From Deltaproteobacteria bacterium (GTDB lineage: Bacteria > Bdellovibrionota > JACOXK01): a stretch of DNA of 64,000 nucleotides. Location of the stretch: NCBI GenBank assembly GCA_016186995.1, contig JACPKQ010000016.1:5627-69626 (forward strand), in the 5' to 3' direction. The notes under the pieces are model-generated. The model had not been told where the DNA came from, did not search any database, and worked only from the letters and a program-made list of their open reading frames with translations. Both the position numbers and the translations under genes were made by a program. Positions 46,197-55,697 of this stretch are shown one piece after another (position 1 is the stretch's first letter; each line of letters begins with the position of its first letter).

Positions 46197-47202
46197 AGTT
46201 TATTTAGGTCACAATGAACTTTCTTTCATTTCTCAAACTTTAAATAAAAATTCTTATTCTTGTTTTTTCTTTGTTATTTCTCATTCAGTTCCTAAAACTT
46301 ATATAAAAAAAATAATTGGTTCTTTAAACAAAGAATATATTCTTTTTTATATTAAAGACGGGGAAACAAATAAAAACTTTTCTCAATTTAAAAAAATATT
46401 AAATGAATTGTTTAAAAATAAATTAGATCGGGAAAGTGTACTTATTTCTATTGGTGGTGGATCACTCAATGATTTAGCTGGTTTTTGTGCCTCTATTTAC
46501 CTTCGCGGTATTGATTGGATGACAATTCCCACAACGCCTCTTTCTCAAATGGATGCATCCATGGGTGGAAAAACAGCACTTAATTATCAAGGTAAAAATA
46601 CAATTGGGAGTTTCTATCTTCCCCACTCCATTTTTATTGATACTATTTTTTTAAAAACAGTTTCTAAAACCATTTTAAAAGAAAGCTTTTCAGAAATGAT
46701 AAAAATGGCTTTGGGTTTTGATCAAAAACTTTATTCATTACTTTTAAAAAAAGATCTTTCTCAAACAAACAATCTTCACAGAGTTTTTACAAGATGTATC
46801 CAACTTAAAGAAAAGGTTGTCATTCAAGATTTCAGAGAAAAAAAAGGTTTAAGACAAAAACTTAATTTTGGTCACACTTTAGGTCATGTTTTTGAGCAAT
46901 CTCAAAAAATAAGCCATGGCAAAGCAGTTCAAGAAGGTTTAAAAACAGCGCTTTTTCTTTCTAAAAAGTTGCGATGTTGCACCCCAAAAACATATGATAA
47001 GTGTATAGAATTATTAAATAAATTTAATACCAATGGGATGACTACATTTCCCCCTTCTCAAACCATTAAGAAATTTCTTTATAAAGATAAAAAAAGAAAA
47101 AAGGGTGAGATTGATTTTATCTTTTTAGAAAAAATAGGTACACTCAAAGTAAAGAAAATTCAGATTTCAGAGTTAATAAATTATGTATCAAGCTATTCTT
47201 AA
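46168..47202 (+). CDS. aroB: 3-dehydroquinate synthase
   Basis: ISIGGGSLNDLAGFCASIYLRGIDWMTIPTTPLSQMDASMGGKTALN is the NAD/metal-binding core of DHQS. Confidence 0.8.
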   Translation: MKLIANKLSKVYLGHNELSFISQTLNKNSYSCFFFVISHSVPKTYIKKIIGSLNKEYILFYIKDGETNKNFSQFKKILNELFKNKLDRESVLISIGGGSLNDLAGFCASIYLRGIDWMTIPTTPLSQMDASMGGKTALNYQGKNTIGSFYLPHSIFIDTIFLKTVSKTILKESFSEMIKMALGFDQKLYSLLLKKDLSQTNNLHRVFTRCIQLKEKVVIQDFREKKGLRQKLNFGHTLGHVFEQSQKISHGKAVQEGLKTALFLSKKLRCCTPKTYDKCIELLNKFNTNGMTTFPPSQTIKKFLYKDKKRKKGEIDFIFLEKIGTLKVKKIQISELINYVSSYS

Positions 47203-47932
47203 TTTTTATGTTTCTCTTTTTCTTATAATGAGCGTGGCATGTCCACTTTTAATATCTTTACTGTATTCTTTATTCTTTAAAAAAATTTCATCTGAGATGG
47301 ATCACCACGTTGGTGGATCTCTTCTTCTTCATAAAAAATTAAGAAATTGGTGGATTGCAATTATAAGTCCCTTGGAAAGTACTCTTTTTAAAACAAAACT
47401 TTCTTCAAATACTTTAACTCTTAGTGGGCTATTTTTAAGCTTTGTATCGGGCATCCTTTTTTCTTATGGATATATTAGTTTAGCCGGAGCAGCTCTGATT
47501 CTTAATGCTGTTTTTGATATTTTAGATGGTCGAATTGCACGTCGAAGAAACAAAGCAACAAGAATGGGTGCTTTTTTAGATAGTTTTTGTGACCGAATAG
47601 GTGAAATTTTTATTTTTACTGGGCTTCTTCTTTTTTTTAGACTCACTTCTGTTTTTCATATTGTTCTCATTATTCTTTTAACTTCATTTTTGATTAGTTA
47701 TGCACGAGCACGGGCTGAAGGCCTTGGATTTTATACAAAGGTAGGGCTTATCCAAAGGGCCGAAAGACTTTTCATTTTGATCATAGCAAGCTGCACAAGC
47801 CCTTTTTTTGAGGTTTTTGGGTTTGGAGAGTTTACAATACTTATTGCAGCTCTTGATATTTTAGCAATTTTAAGTGTTTTTACGCTGTTTCAAAGGTGTT
47901 TTTCTATATATTCTTCACTGCGTTCAGAATGA
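47183..47932 (+). CDS. CDP-alcohol phosphatidyltransferase family protein
   Basis: DILDGRIARRRNKATRMGAFLDSFCDRIGE matches D-G-x2-AR...G-x3-D-x3-D. The stop codon is provided by the first repeat of the 47920..48181 array. Confidence 0.7.
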   Translation: MYQAILNFYVSLFLIMSVACPLLISLLYSLFFKKISSEMDHHVGGSLLLHKKLRNWWIAIISPLESTLFKTKLSSNTLTLSGLFLSFVSGILFSYGYISLAGAALILNAVFDILDGRIARRRNKATRMGAFLDSFCDRIGEIFIFTGLLLFFRLTSVFHIVLIILLTSFLISYARARAEGLGFYTKVGLIQRAERLFILIIASCTSPFFEVFGFGEFTILIAALDILAILSVFTLFQRCFSIYSSLRSE

Positions 47933-48181
47933 CAGAGGGGCCGTCCGCAATGACAGAAACTTCGAGTCTATGTGCAGATGACCTTGGCCTGTCATCGCGA
48001 GGGTTCTTAAAGAACCCGTGGCGATCTCAACACGCAAGTGTTGTCCTAGAATTGCTAAAGCAATTCTAGGAGATTGCTTCGCTACGCTCGCAATGACACG
48101 TATCCATGAGAGAGTAGGGACTGGGTGTTTTGTTGCACGTTCAGGAAACAAAACACCCTCCCTACTCAGAACCCAAGTCTG
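47920..48181. repeat. tandem mosaic of three palindromic element types
   Basis: cagaatgacagagg/gcaatgacagaaacttcgag (compare 7917-7940), then tgtcatcgcgagggttcttaaagaacccgtggcgatc...gcttcgctacgctcgcaatgacacg (family of 5396..5480), then gagagtagggactgggtgtttt...aaaacaccctccctactcagaacccaag hairpin (compare 7942-7990). Confidence 0.7.
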
Positions 48182-48805
48182 TTATGGCAGATGAACTGTA
48201 ACACCTGAGGCTAAAGGCACTGTTTCTTGAGGTTTGTTTTGAGATTGTGAGAAAAAATAAATAGCTCCTGTTACAGCTAAAGCACTTCCCACCCAAAACC
48301 ACGAATTTTTAAAAAAGCTTTTTTCTTGTAAAGCCTCTTCTTCTTCATTAAAAAAAGAATGCATTAGATCCCATTCTTCTTGTGAAACACTTTGTGAAAG
48401 AATCGGTGCTTCTTTTGAATCAGTACCTTTTTGAGATTGTGGTTTTATTTTTTTAAAAAGCTCTACTACTTTTGGAGAAAAAGCCTTTTCATCAATTTTA
48501 AAATGACTATCAAGTTCAAAAACTTTTCTAAATGCCCCCTCTGCCTTATAAAGTTCATTTTTACTTAAATGGGCCACCCCAAGTAAAAAATAGGCATGAG
48601 CAACATCTTTAAATTTTTTGAGGTTATTTTCATCATGAATGTGAATGGCTTTGTTCAAAGTCTGTATAGATTCATCCAACTTAAACTCATGAAAAAGCTT
48701 TTGCCCTTTTTCAAGGGTCTCTGAAAACTGAGGCTCTGCGTAGGAAATATTAGCAGCTAGAAAAATAAGTATCCAGATCAGATTGCCACGGTTCACTTCA
48801 TTCAC
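48182..48805 (-). CDS. secreted TPR-like protein
   Basis: Signal peptide LIWILIFLAANISYA, helical repeat-like middle, and a C-terminal transmembrane/anchor helix. Confidence 0.45.
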   Translation of the reverse strand: MNEVNRGNLIWILIFLAANISYAEPQFSETLEKGQKLFHEFKLDESIQTLNKAIHIHDENNLKKFKDVAHAYFLLGVAHLSKNELYKAEGAFRKVFELDSHFKIDEKAFSPKVVELFKKIKPQSQKGTDSKEAPILSQSVSQEEWDLMHSFFNEEEEALQEKSFFKNSWFWVGSALAVTGAIYFFSQSQNKPQETVPLASGVTVHLP

Positions 48806-48835
48806 CTCGCAATGACAAAAGCGGTGATACTACCC

Positions 48836-50137
48836 TCACCAACTGCTTGTCAATTGTGCAACTTTATCACAAATCTCTTCTTCTTTTACAGAAATGAGAT
48901 TGCCATTTTGTTTGAGAATTTTGCCACTTACAACCACCGTTTCAATGGCTTGAGGTGAAAGAGAATAAACAATATTATTAATCAGATTCTCTTTTTTATT
49001 TGGATACAGCGAAATATCCTTAAGATTTAACCCTACAAAATCACAGTGATAATTCTTTTCTAATTTTCCAATAGATAAACCTAAAACCTTACCCCCATTC
49101 TCAGTACCCATTTTAAAACTGGTTTTGGCTCCACAAACTGAACCGTCAAGATTATACACTTTTTGAAGAAGAGAAGTCATTCGCATTTCATCAAAAACAC
49201 TTGTTCGGTTATTAGAACAAGCCCCATCTGTTCCTAAACCAATCACAACATTGTTTTTTAAATATTTTAAAATAGGAGAAACACCGTCACCCAAAAACAT
49301 ATTGCTTGTGGGGTTGTAAGCAAGCTTAACCTCATTTTCACCCATAAGTTTTATTTCTTCATCTGTCACCCACACACAGTGTACACCCACTAGTTTTTGA
49401 GAACACACCCCCAAAGAATCTAAAAATAAAATGGGAGTTTTCCCAAACTTTTTCTTTACTTGTTCTACCTCATAAGGAGCTTCTGCAATATGCATGTGAA
49501 GAAAACAATTTTTTTTCTTTGCAATATCCAATCCTGCTTCAATCATTTCAACGCTTGCGCCATGAAGACTGTGCGGGGCTGGATAAATATGAACCATAGA
49601 ATTATTTTCATATTTTTCAACTAAAGAAAGACATCGCGCATGGGCATCTGAAACCTTTTCTTGGTATTGTTTGGGGGCTCCCTTCCAATCATACATGGTG
49701 CGAGCCATCACAAAACGAATTCCTACCTCTTGAGCTGCTTTAACCACCGCTTCTGCATTTTCATTGCCTCCATTATGAATATAGAAAAAATCGCACACTG
49801 TTGTAACCCCGTATTTAACCATTTCACTAAACGCAAAAAGAGCTCCTATATAAATACCTTCGCTATTTAAAAGTTTTGAATATTTATAAATGCCATCATC
49901 ACGCCACTTTTCAAAAGGAAGATCATTAGCAAATCCTCGTATTAAGGATTGAAAAGAATGAGTGTGGACATTCACAGTACCCGGAATAAGAACCTGATCT
50001 TTAAATTGAACAACATCTTTAGATTTGGGGTCTTGAGAAAGAATATCTGTGATTTTTCCATCTTTACATACAAGAGTGTGGTTCTCTTTAAATTCTCCAT
50101 CTACATAGACAAGTGGCGCTTTAAAAAATGTGCTCAT
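48836..50137 (-). CDS. amidohydrolase-family deaminase/chlorohydrolase (MtaD/guanine-deaminase-like)
   Basis: Metal-binding VNVHTHSFQS (HxH), then later HMHIAE and GTDGACSNN, typical of the TIM-barrel amidohydrolase superfamily. Confidence 0.7.
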   Translation of the reverse strand: MSTFFKAPLVYVDGEFKENHTLVCKDGKITDILSQDPKSKDVVQFKDQVLIPGTVNVHTHSFQSLIRGFANDLPFEKWRDDGIYKYSKLLNSEGIYIGALFAFSEMVKYGVTTVCDFFYIHNGGNENAEAVVKAAQEVGIRFVMARTMYDWKGAPKQYQEKVSDAHARCLSLVEKYENNSMVHIYPAPHSLHGASVEMIEAGLDIAKKKNCFLHMHIAEAPYEVEQVKKKFGKTPILFLDSLGVCSQKLVGVHCVWVTDEEIKLMGENEVKLAYNPTSNMFLGDGVSPILKYLKNNVVIGLGTDGACSNNRTSVFDEMRMTSLLQKVYNLDGSVCGAKTSFKMGTENGGKVLGLSIGKLEKNYHCDFVGLNLKDISLYPNKKENLINNIVYSLSPQAIETVVVSGKILKQNGNLISVKEEEICDKVAQLTSSW

Positions 50138-50203
50138 AAGACTAGCTCATATCCATAAAAAATTGAGTTCTACTTAACTTAAAGTTCGAGGTCTTGCGAG
50201 AAA

Positions 50204-50362
50204 ATGATCTGTATCTGGAGCGGAAGTAAAGCGCAGCCCAAAGTTTGTAAATACTCAAAATACTGGATCCCGGATAGTGCCTCGCACTTCCGGGATGACA
50301 GAAAATTCGTGTGGGACAAATACAGCGAGCCATGGAGCGAAAGATATAGATCATTTTAAGAA
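50204..50362. repeat. ~155-bp structured repeat (copy A) with terminal inverted repeats and central ggatcccgga...tccgggat hairpin
   Basis: Aligns along its length to 54170..54335 at roughly 80% identity by eye. Its terminal stems differ between copies but stay complementary (tgatctgtatc/gatatagatca versus ggttactatc/gatagtaacc). Confidence 0.75.
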
Positions 50363-50422
50363 CCTAACCTCTTTAGTAGCAGTCACTTGACCTCATTTCA
50401 AGGCTCGACTAGGATGCCCTCC

Positions 50423-51346
50423 ATGCGTAAATACCTGTTTGTTTTTATGGCGTTTCTGCTTGTGTTCACAGGTTCTCTTTATTATTTCAAACCTCACACA
50501 GAGAACACTAACAAGCCACACACACTTCAAGATGAGTTAGGTCGAAGTGTTACTTTGCCGGAAAGCAAAGAACGCCTTATTTCCCTAGCACCTAATATTA
50601 CTGAAATACTTTTTGCTTTGGGTATGGGTTCATCTGTTGTAGGTGTTTCAGACTTTAGTGATTATCCTCCCGAGGCTGTCAAGCTTCCTAAAGTAGGTGG
50701 CTTTGCAGGGCCTAATATAGAACTCATTGCAGAACTTAAGCCTGATCTTGTGATTGCAACAGCTGATGGCAACCCAGAACAATCTGTAACAAAACTTAAT
50801 AAAATTTCTGTACCCAGCTTTGTTATTAATCCAAGAAGCTATGATGGCATTGTTCAGTCCATTGGGAAGTTGGGTATTATTTTAGATAGAAAAGAAGTTG
50901 CAGAAAAAATTGCAGAAGCCATGAATGCCACAAAGGTTTACATACAAACCCAAGTAACACCCTTAAAACAACCTAAAGTACTTTTTCAATTAAATGCAAA
51001 ACCTATTATGAGTGCTAATAAAAATACTTTTGTACATGATCTTATCTCCATTGCAGGTGGCATTAATATTGCAGCTGAATCAGGTATTAATTATCCAAAA
51101 TTAAACGCAGAAGCTATTGTTCAGAAAAATCCAGATATTATTATTGTAGCTTCAGACGAAAACCAATTTAAAGTTATTCAAGAACAGTGGAAAACATTCT
51201 CCAGTGTCTCTGCCGTCAAAAATAAAAAAATTTATCACATTAATCCAAACATTATTTTAAGACCTTCCCCAAGGGTCACTCAAGGACTCATACAACTTTT
51301 TAAAATTTTTCACATACCCACCTCCCTTGAAAAAAATAAAGGGTGA
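50423..51346 (+). CDS. ABC transporter periplasmic binding protein, iron-siderophore/cobalamin (BtuF/FhuD) class
   Basis: Signal peptide; the class-III SBP fold is suggested by ISLAPNITEILFALG...PDLVIA and the single long hinge helix. Confidence 0.7.
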   Translation: MRKYLFVFMAFLLVFTGSLYYFKPHTENTNKPHTLQDELGRSVTLPESKERLISLAPNITEILFALGMGSSVVGVSDFSDYPPEAVKLPKVGGFAGPNIELIAELKPDLVIATADGNPEQSVTKLNKISVPSFVINPRSYDGIVQSIGKLGIILDRKEVAEKIAEAMNATKVYIQTQVTPLKQPKVLFQLNAKPIMSANKNTFVHDLISIAGGINIAAESGINYPKLNAEAIVQKNPDIIIVASDENQFKVIQEQWKTFSSVSAVKNKKIYHINPNIILRPSPRVTQGLIQLFKIFHIPTSLEKNKG

Positions 51347-51355
51347 CGTTTAAGG

Positions 51356-52324
51356 GTGTTAAGCGCTAAAAAAATTATTCTAACTTGTTCTTATTTATTT
51401 TTTTTTCTTGCTATTTGTTTTTTAATATCCATTAAAAGTGGGGCAGTCTCATTTTCTTGGGGTGAGGTTTTTGACTTTTCAAATAAAATTATTACTTCTA
51501 TTCGTATTCCACGTGTCATTTTAAGTTTGATTGTGGGGGCATCGCTTTCTCTTGCTGGTGTTGTGTTTCAGGCTATTCTTAAAAACCCACTTGCAGACCC
51601 CTATGTGCTGGGTGTTTCAAGTGGAGGGGCCGTTGGGAGCACTTTAGCTGTTCTTTTAGGGCTTGTTTTTTTACAACCACTTTATGCTTTTTTTGGATCT
51701 TTTTTAAGTATTGTTTTTGTGCTTTTTGTTGCAAAAAGAACAAGCTCACATTCTCTTATTTTAACAGGTGTCATTCTTAATTTTTTTCTAGCCTCCCTAC
51801 TCACTTTATTTTTATCGCTCGCCTCTCCAGCACAACTGAGTTCTTCTTACACATGGATTTTAGGAAGTCTCTCCTTTTCTTCATGGGATCTCTTATTAAA
51901 ACTTTTACCTTTTATTTTGATAAGTATACTTTTTCTTTATTATTGTTCACATCTTCTTAATATTTTAAGTTTGGGAGAGGAAAAGGCATTGACGCTGGGT
52001 GTATCCGTTCAAAAATGGAATCTTATTCTTCTTCTTATAACTTCTTTTTTAACAGCTATTGTTGTTTCTTTAAGTGGTATTATTGGTTTTGTGGGGCTTA
52101 TTATTCCCCACACAGCAAGAAATATATGGGGAAGTGATCATCGCATTCTTATTCCTACTTCCCTTCTTTTAGGAGGAAGTTTTGTAATGATAGCAGATAC
52201 TTTAGCACGCACTCTTTTTTTACCTGCTGAAATTCCTGTGGGTGTTTTAACCGCCATTATTGGAGCCCCTCTTTTTATTTATTTTTTAAAAAAAGGTTAT
52301 GATTTTCAAAGCGCAAGAAATTGA
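51356..52324 (+). CDS. FecCD-family ABC permease
   Basis: RIPRVILSLIVGASLSLAGVVFQAILKNPLADPYVLGVSSGGAVG is the FecCD/BtuC signature. Confidence 0.8.
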   Translation: MLSAKKIILTCSYLFFFLAICFLISIKSGAVSFSWGEVFDFSNKIITSIRIPRVILSLIVGASLSLAGVVFQAILKNPLADPYVLGVSSGGAVGSTLAVLLGLVFLQPLYAFFGSFLSIVFVLFVAKRTSSHSLILTGVILNFFLASLLTLFLSLASPAQLSSSYTWILGSLSFSSWDLLLKLLPFILISILFLYYCSHLLNILSLGEEKALTLGVSVQKWNLILLLITSFLTAIVVSLSGIIGFVGLIIPHTARNIWGSDHRILIPTSLLLGGSFVMIADTLARTLFLPAEIPVGVLTAIIGAPLFIYFLKKGYDFQSARN

Positions 52325-53060
52325 TTTTTGGATCGAGGAAAAAAAGATCCTCAGTAATATCTCACTTAATATTGGAAGTGGTTCTTTCACTGCACTTCTA
52401 GGCCCCAATGGAGCTGGTAAATCAACTCTTCTTAAGATTTTTTCAAGAGTTTTAGAACCTTCACAAGGAAAACTCTTTTTTGAAGATAAAGAAATTAATT
52501 CAGTATCTTTACGAGATTTTTCAAAAAATGTATCTTACCTTCCACAAAACTTTCACTTTCCATTTGCTATTCAGGTTTTAGATCTTGTCCTTTTGGGAAG
52601 AACGCCTCACCAAAATTTTTTAACTTTTAATAACCAAAAAGATTTATATATTTCTATTTCAGCATTAAAAAAAACAGGTGTTGAACATTTGCAAGATCGA
52701 TATTTTCAAACTTTAAGCGGTGGGGAAAAACAAAAAGTGCTTCTCGCTAAATGCCTTGCGCAAGAAACAAAAGTGTTGTGTCTTGATGAACCTACAACAT
52801 TTTTAGATTTAAAACATCAGATTGAGTTTTCTGATCTTCTTAAAAAGCTTAAAAGTGAAAATAACTTCACTGTTATCCTAGCAACCCATGATTTAAGTTT
52901 TTTAAAAAATTGCTGTGATCATACTGTCTTTTTAAAACAAGGAGAAGTGGTCCAATATGGAAACACAAAAGAACTTCTTACAACATCTAATATTGCAAAA
53001 CTCTTTGATTTACCTAAAGCTTCGCTTAAAGGATTTCCTTTAGAAGAATACCCTCATTGA
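52299..53060 (+). CDS. ABC transporter ATP-binding protein (FecE/BtuD-like)
   Basis: Walker A GPNGAGKST, signature LSGGEKQKV, Walker B LCLDEPT. Confidence 0.8.
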   Translation: MIFKAQEIDFWIEEKKILSNISLNIGSGSFTALLGPNGAGKSTLLKIFSRVLEPSQGKLFFEDKEINSVSLRDFSKNVSYLPQNFHFPFAIQVLDLVLLGRTPHQNFLTFNNQKDLYISISALKKTGVEHLQDRYFQTLSGGEKQKVLLAKCLAQETKVLCLDEPTTFLDLKHQIEFSDLLKKLKSENNFTVILATHDLSFLKNCCDHTVFLKQGEVVQYGNTKELLTTSNIAKLFDLPKASLKGFPLEEYPH

Positions 53061-53804
53061 TAAAGAGTGTTGTAGTTCTCTTTTTTTAAGACTTTGTTCA
53101 AAACCATAAAAAAAGCCTAATTTATAAAGCGCCCAACCAGCACCTAAAGAATAAGATTGGAAAGAAGGTGTGGTATTAAAATGCCCACCCCCTCTAAACG
53201 AAAGACCAGTTTTTTCATGATGAATTTCGGCACCCGTTTGAAGTGAAAAATTCTTTTCTGAAAAATTTTTTGAAACATCTGAAGAAAGAAGAAGAATATC
53301 ATAAATATTTAATTGAACACCCACTCCTAAAATTTTGGAATCACTTAAAAGATCCTCTCCTACAAGTCCAACATGAATATTTGAGTGCACTTCTAAAAGC
53401 CCCCCTGCCTTAAGATTCACATGGTTGAAAGTATCATTAAAAGTATAATCGCTTCCTATTCCTAAAGAAAAAACACCCCATCTTTTTGCCAAAGCCCCTT
53501 GTATAACGTTTTGAGGACTTTCCACATCAAAATCCTTTCTTGAATATCCCAAAGCAGCCCCGTAAAAAGATGTTTTTGAATCAACAACTGAAGCATTCCA
53601 AGATCGCACCCCAGGTTTTACATCAACATAAGCTTCAATAGAATATTTATCCGTAAAGGCGAAAGAAGCTGGATTTGAGCTTAAACTTTCATTTAAAGAT
53701 ATAACCCCTCTTAAAGCACCTGATAGCCCTAAAGACCGTGGGCCCACAGCACTTACAGAAGAAACTAAAGCTCCTAAAAATAAAACAGATAACGGCAATT
53801 TCAT
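53040..53804 (-). CDS. outer-membrane beta-barrel protein
   Basis: Signal peptide MKLPLSVLFLGALVSSVSA, alternating beta-strand pattern, terminal aromatic (…MRVFF). Confidence 0.5.
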   Translation of the reverse strand: MKLPLSVLFLGALVSSVSAVGPRSLGLSGALRGVISLNESLSSNPASFAFTDKYSIEAYVDVKPGVRSWNASVVDSKTSFYGAALGYSRKDFDVESPQNVIQGALAKRWGVFSLGIGSDYTFNDTFNHVNLKAGGLLEVHSNIHVGLVGEDLLSDSKILGVGVQLNIYDILLLSSDVSKNFSEKNFSLQTGAEIHHEKTGLSFRGGGHFNTTPSFQSYSLGAGWALYKLGFFYGFEQSLKKRELQHSLSMRVFF

Positions 53805-53822
53805 ATCTTCACAAGCTAGCAT

Positions 53823-54459
53823 ACATACGTTACCCCCTCAACAAAGGTCTTTGTAATGGTGCTTAACAACACGCCTCAATTCTCTCATGGATTTGAATCT
53901 CCTTGTCATTTCCGCTCTGAGGTGAAGCCAATAGCTGGAATCCAGTATTAATTTTAAGCTCTTGAAATGGTAACAAAAGATAGGGATAGTACTTCCTTCG
54001 GGTACGGCGTCACTTTTTTCCTGCGAAAAAGTGCGCCTCGCGTCTCAGTCAATCTGCCACATATTCTATGTGGACCAAGCCAGATTTCCTTCCGACACGA
54101 CCCTCTGTAAGCACTATCCCTATCTTTTGCCCTATAGATTTATTTCGAGTTCATGTGAAGAAATGGTTACTATCTGGAGCGGAAGTAAAGCGGAGCCCAA
54201 AATTTGTAAATATTCAGAATTCTCTCATCCCGGACAGTGCTTTAGCACTTACGGGATAACGAAGAATTCATGTGGAACAATTACAGCGAGCCATGAAGCG
54301 AAAGATAGTAACCATTTTAAGAACTTAATTTGGAAAAGAAGAATACTAGATTCCTGCTTGTGCGCTTTGCGCTATCAGCGGGAAGGATGTTCTCAAAGGT
54401 GGGTTGACTTTGAATACTTAATTATGCTAAAAATTGGCGCCTTTGTGGGGAGGAACTAA
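53823..54459. repeat. 640-nt non-coding repeat mosaic including copy B (54170..54335) of the 155-bp element and a fragment of the 74-bp element (53868-53900)
   Basis: The alignment to 50204..50362 is described above. caattctctcatggatttgaat matches 12565-12586. The predicted ORFs in this region are low-complexity and overlap repeats. Confidence 0.7.
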
Positions 54460-54468
54460 GTGATTTAT

Positions 54469-54834
54469 ATGAATAAAACAAAACTTAAAAAATTCGAAAA
54501 AATACTGACAACCCAGTTAGAAGAACTTTTTCGAGGGGCTATCCAAGTAGCTGATGATACTATTCTTTCTGACGAAAAAGGAAAGCTTGATAATGTCGAT
54601 TTAGCTTCCATTGAAATAGATTGGATCAATTCTCTAAGAATTAAAGATAGGGAACGAAATCTCATGCTTAAAATCAAACAAGCCCTTAGAAGAATTGATG
54701 ACGGCTCCTTTGGGGTTTGTGATAGTTGTGGTGAAGAAATTAATGAAAAACGTCTTTTAGCGCGCCCTGTCACAACACATTGTGTTGAGTGTAAAGAAAT
54801 AGCTGAGGAAACCGAACAAAGAAAAGGTTTATGA
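54469..54834 (+). CDS. DksA/TraR-family C4 zinc-finger protein
   Basis: The C-terminal CDSCGEEINEKRLLARPVTTHCVECK is the four-Cys finger of DksA/TraR, preceded by a coiled-coil-like segment. Confidence 0.7.
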   Translation: MNKTKLKKFEKILTTQLEELFRGAIQVADDTILSDEKGKLDNVDLASIEIDWINSLRIKDRERNLMLKIKQALRRIDDGSFGVCDSCGEEINEKRLLARPVTTHCVECKEIAEETEQRKGL

Positions 54835-55697
54835 ACCTTACAAAGGTTGTCATTCCAGCAGCTGGACGTGGCACAAGGTTACTTCCAGCAACAAAAGCTG
54901 TTCAAAAAGAACTTATTCCTATTATTGATAAACCAACCGTTGAGTATGCTGTAGAAGAAGCTTTAAAATCTGATTTCAAAGAGGTTCTTTTTATCACTTC
55001 AGATAAAGAAGGAAGTATTAAAAATTATTTTCTAGAAGATAAGAATCTCAATCACTATCTTGAAGAAAAAAAGAAATATGATCTTTTAGAAGAACTTCCT
55101 CAATATCACCAATCTTTACGTTTTCATTCGGCTCACCAACCTGAAGCCGGCGGATTAGGAGCCGCTGTTCTTTTGGCAGAGGATTTTGTTCAGAACGAAG
55201 CCTTTACCGTTACACTTGTTGATGACATTATTGATGCCGATGTTCCGGTACTTAAACAAATTAAAAATGTTTTTAGTAAAACCCGCTCTTCCATTATATC
55301 CGTTATGGAAGTAAGTGATATTGAAGTTCCTATGTATGGCATTGTTGAAGGAGAAGAAGTGGAGCCAGGTCTTTATAAAATTAAAAGGGTTGTGGAAAAA
55401 CCTAAAGCAAGCGAAACAACATCAAGACTCGCTATTATTGGAAGATATCTCTTAACCCCAGGTATTTTTGAATGCCTTAAAATAACCCCTCGGGGCAAAA
55501 GTAACGAAATTCAACTTACAGATGCCATAAGCCTCCTTTTGCAAAAGGAAGAAATATATGCTTATAAATTTAAAGGGACGCGTATTGACGCAGGTGATAA
55601 ACTAGGGCTTCTTAAAGCCCAACTTTATTTTGGGGCTAAAAACAGATTATGGAAAGCAGAACTCAAAAAATATGTGGATTTTCTCTTTTCTTCTTAA
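54831..55697 (+). CDS. galU: UTP--glucose-1-phosphate uridylyltransferase
   Basis: KVVIPAAGRGTRLLPATKAVQKELIPIIDKPTVEYAVEEA is the canonical GalU N-terminus. Confidence 0.85.
   Translation: MNLTKVVIPAAGRGTRLLPATKAVQKELIPIIDKPTVEYAVEEALKSDFKEVLFITSDKEGSIKNYFLEDKNLNHYLEEKKKYDLLEELPQYHQSLRFHSAHQPEAGGLGAAVLLAEDFVQNEAFTVTLVDDIIDADVPVLKQIKNVFSKTRSSIISVMEVSDIEVPMYGIVEGEEVEPGLYKIKRVVEKPKASETTSRLAIIGRYLLTPGIFECLKITPRGKSNEIQLTDAISLLLQKEEIYAYKFKGTRIDAGDKLGLLKAQLYFGAKNRLWKAELKKYVDFLFSS

Noticed and set aside
54031-54459. 142-aa and 63-aa ORFs in the repeat mosaic
   Set aside because: They overlap copy B of the 155-bp element and other palindromes. Cys/Trp-rich nonsense composition and no ribosome-binding site.
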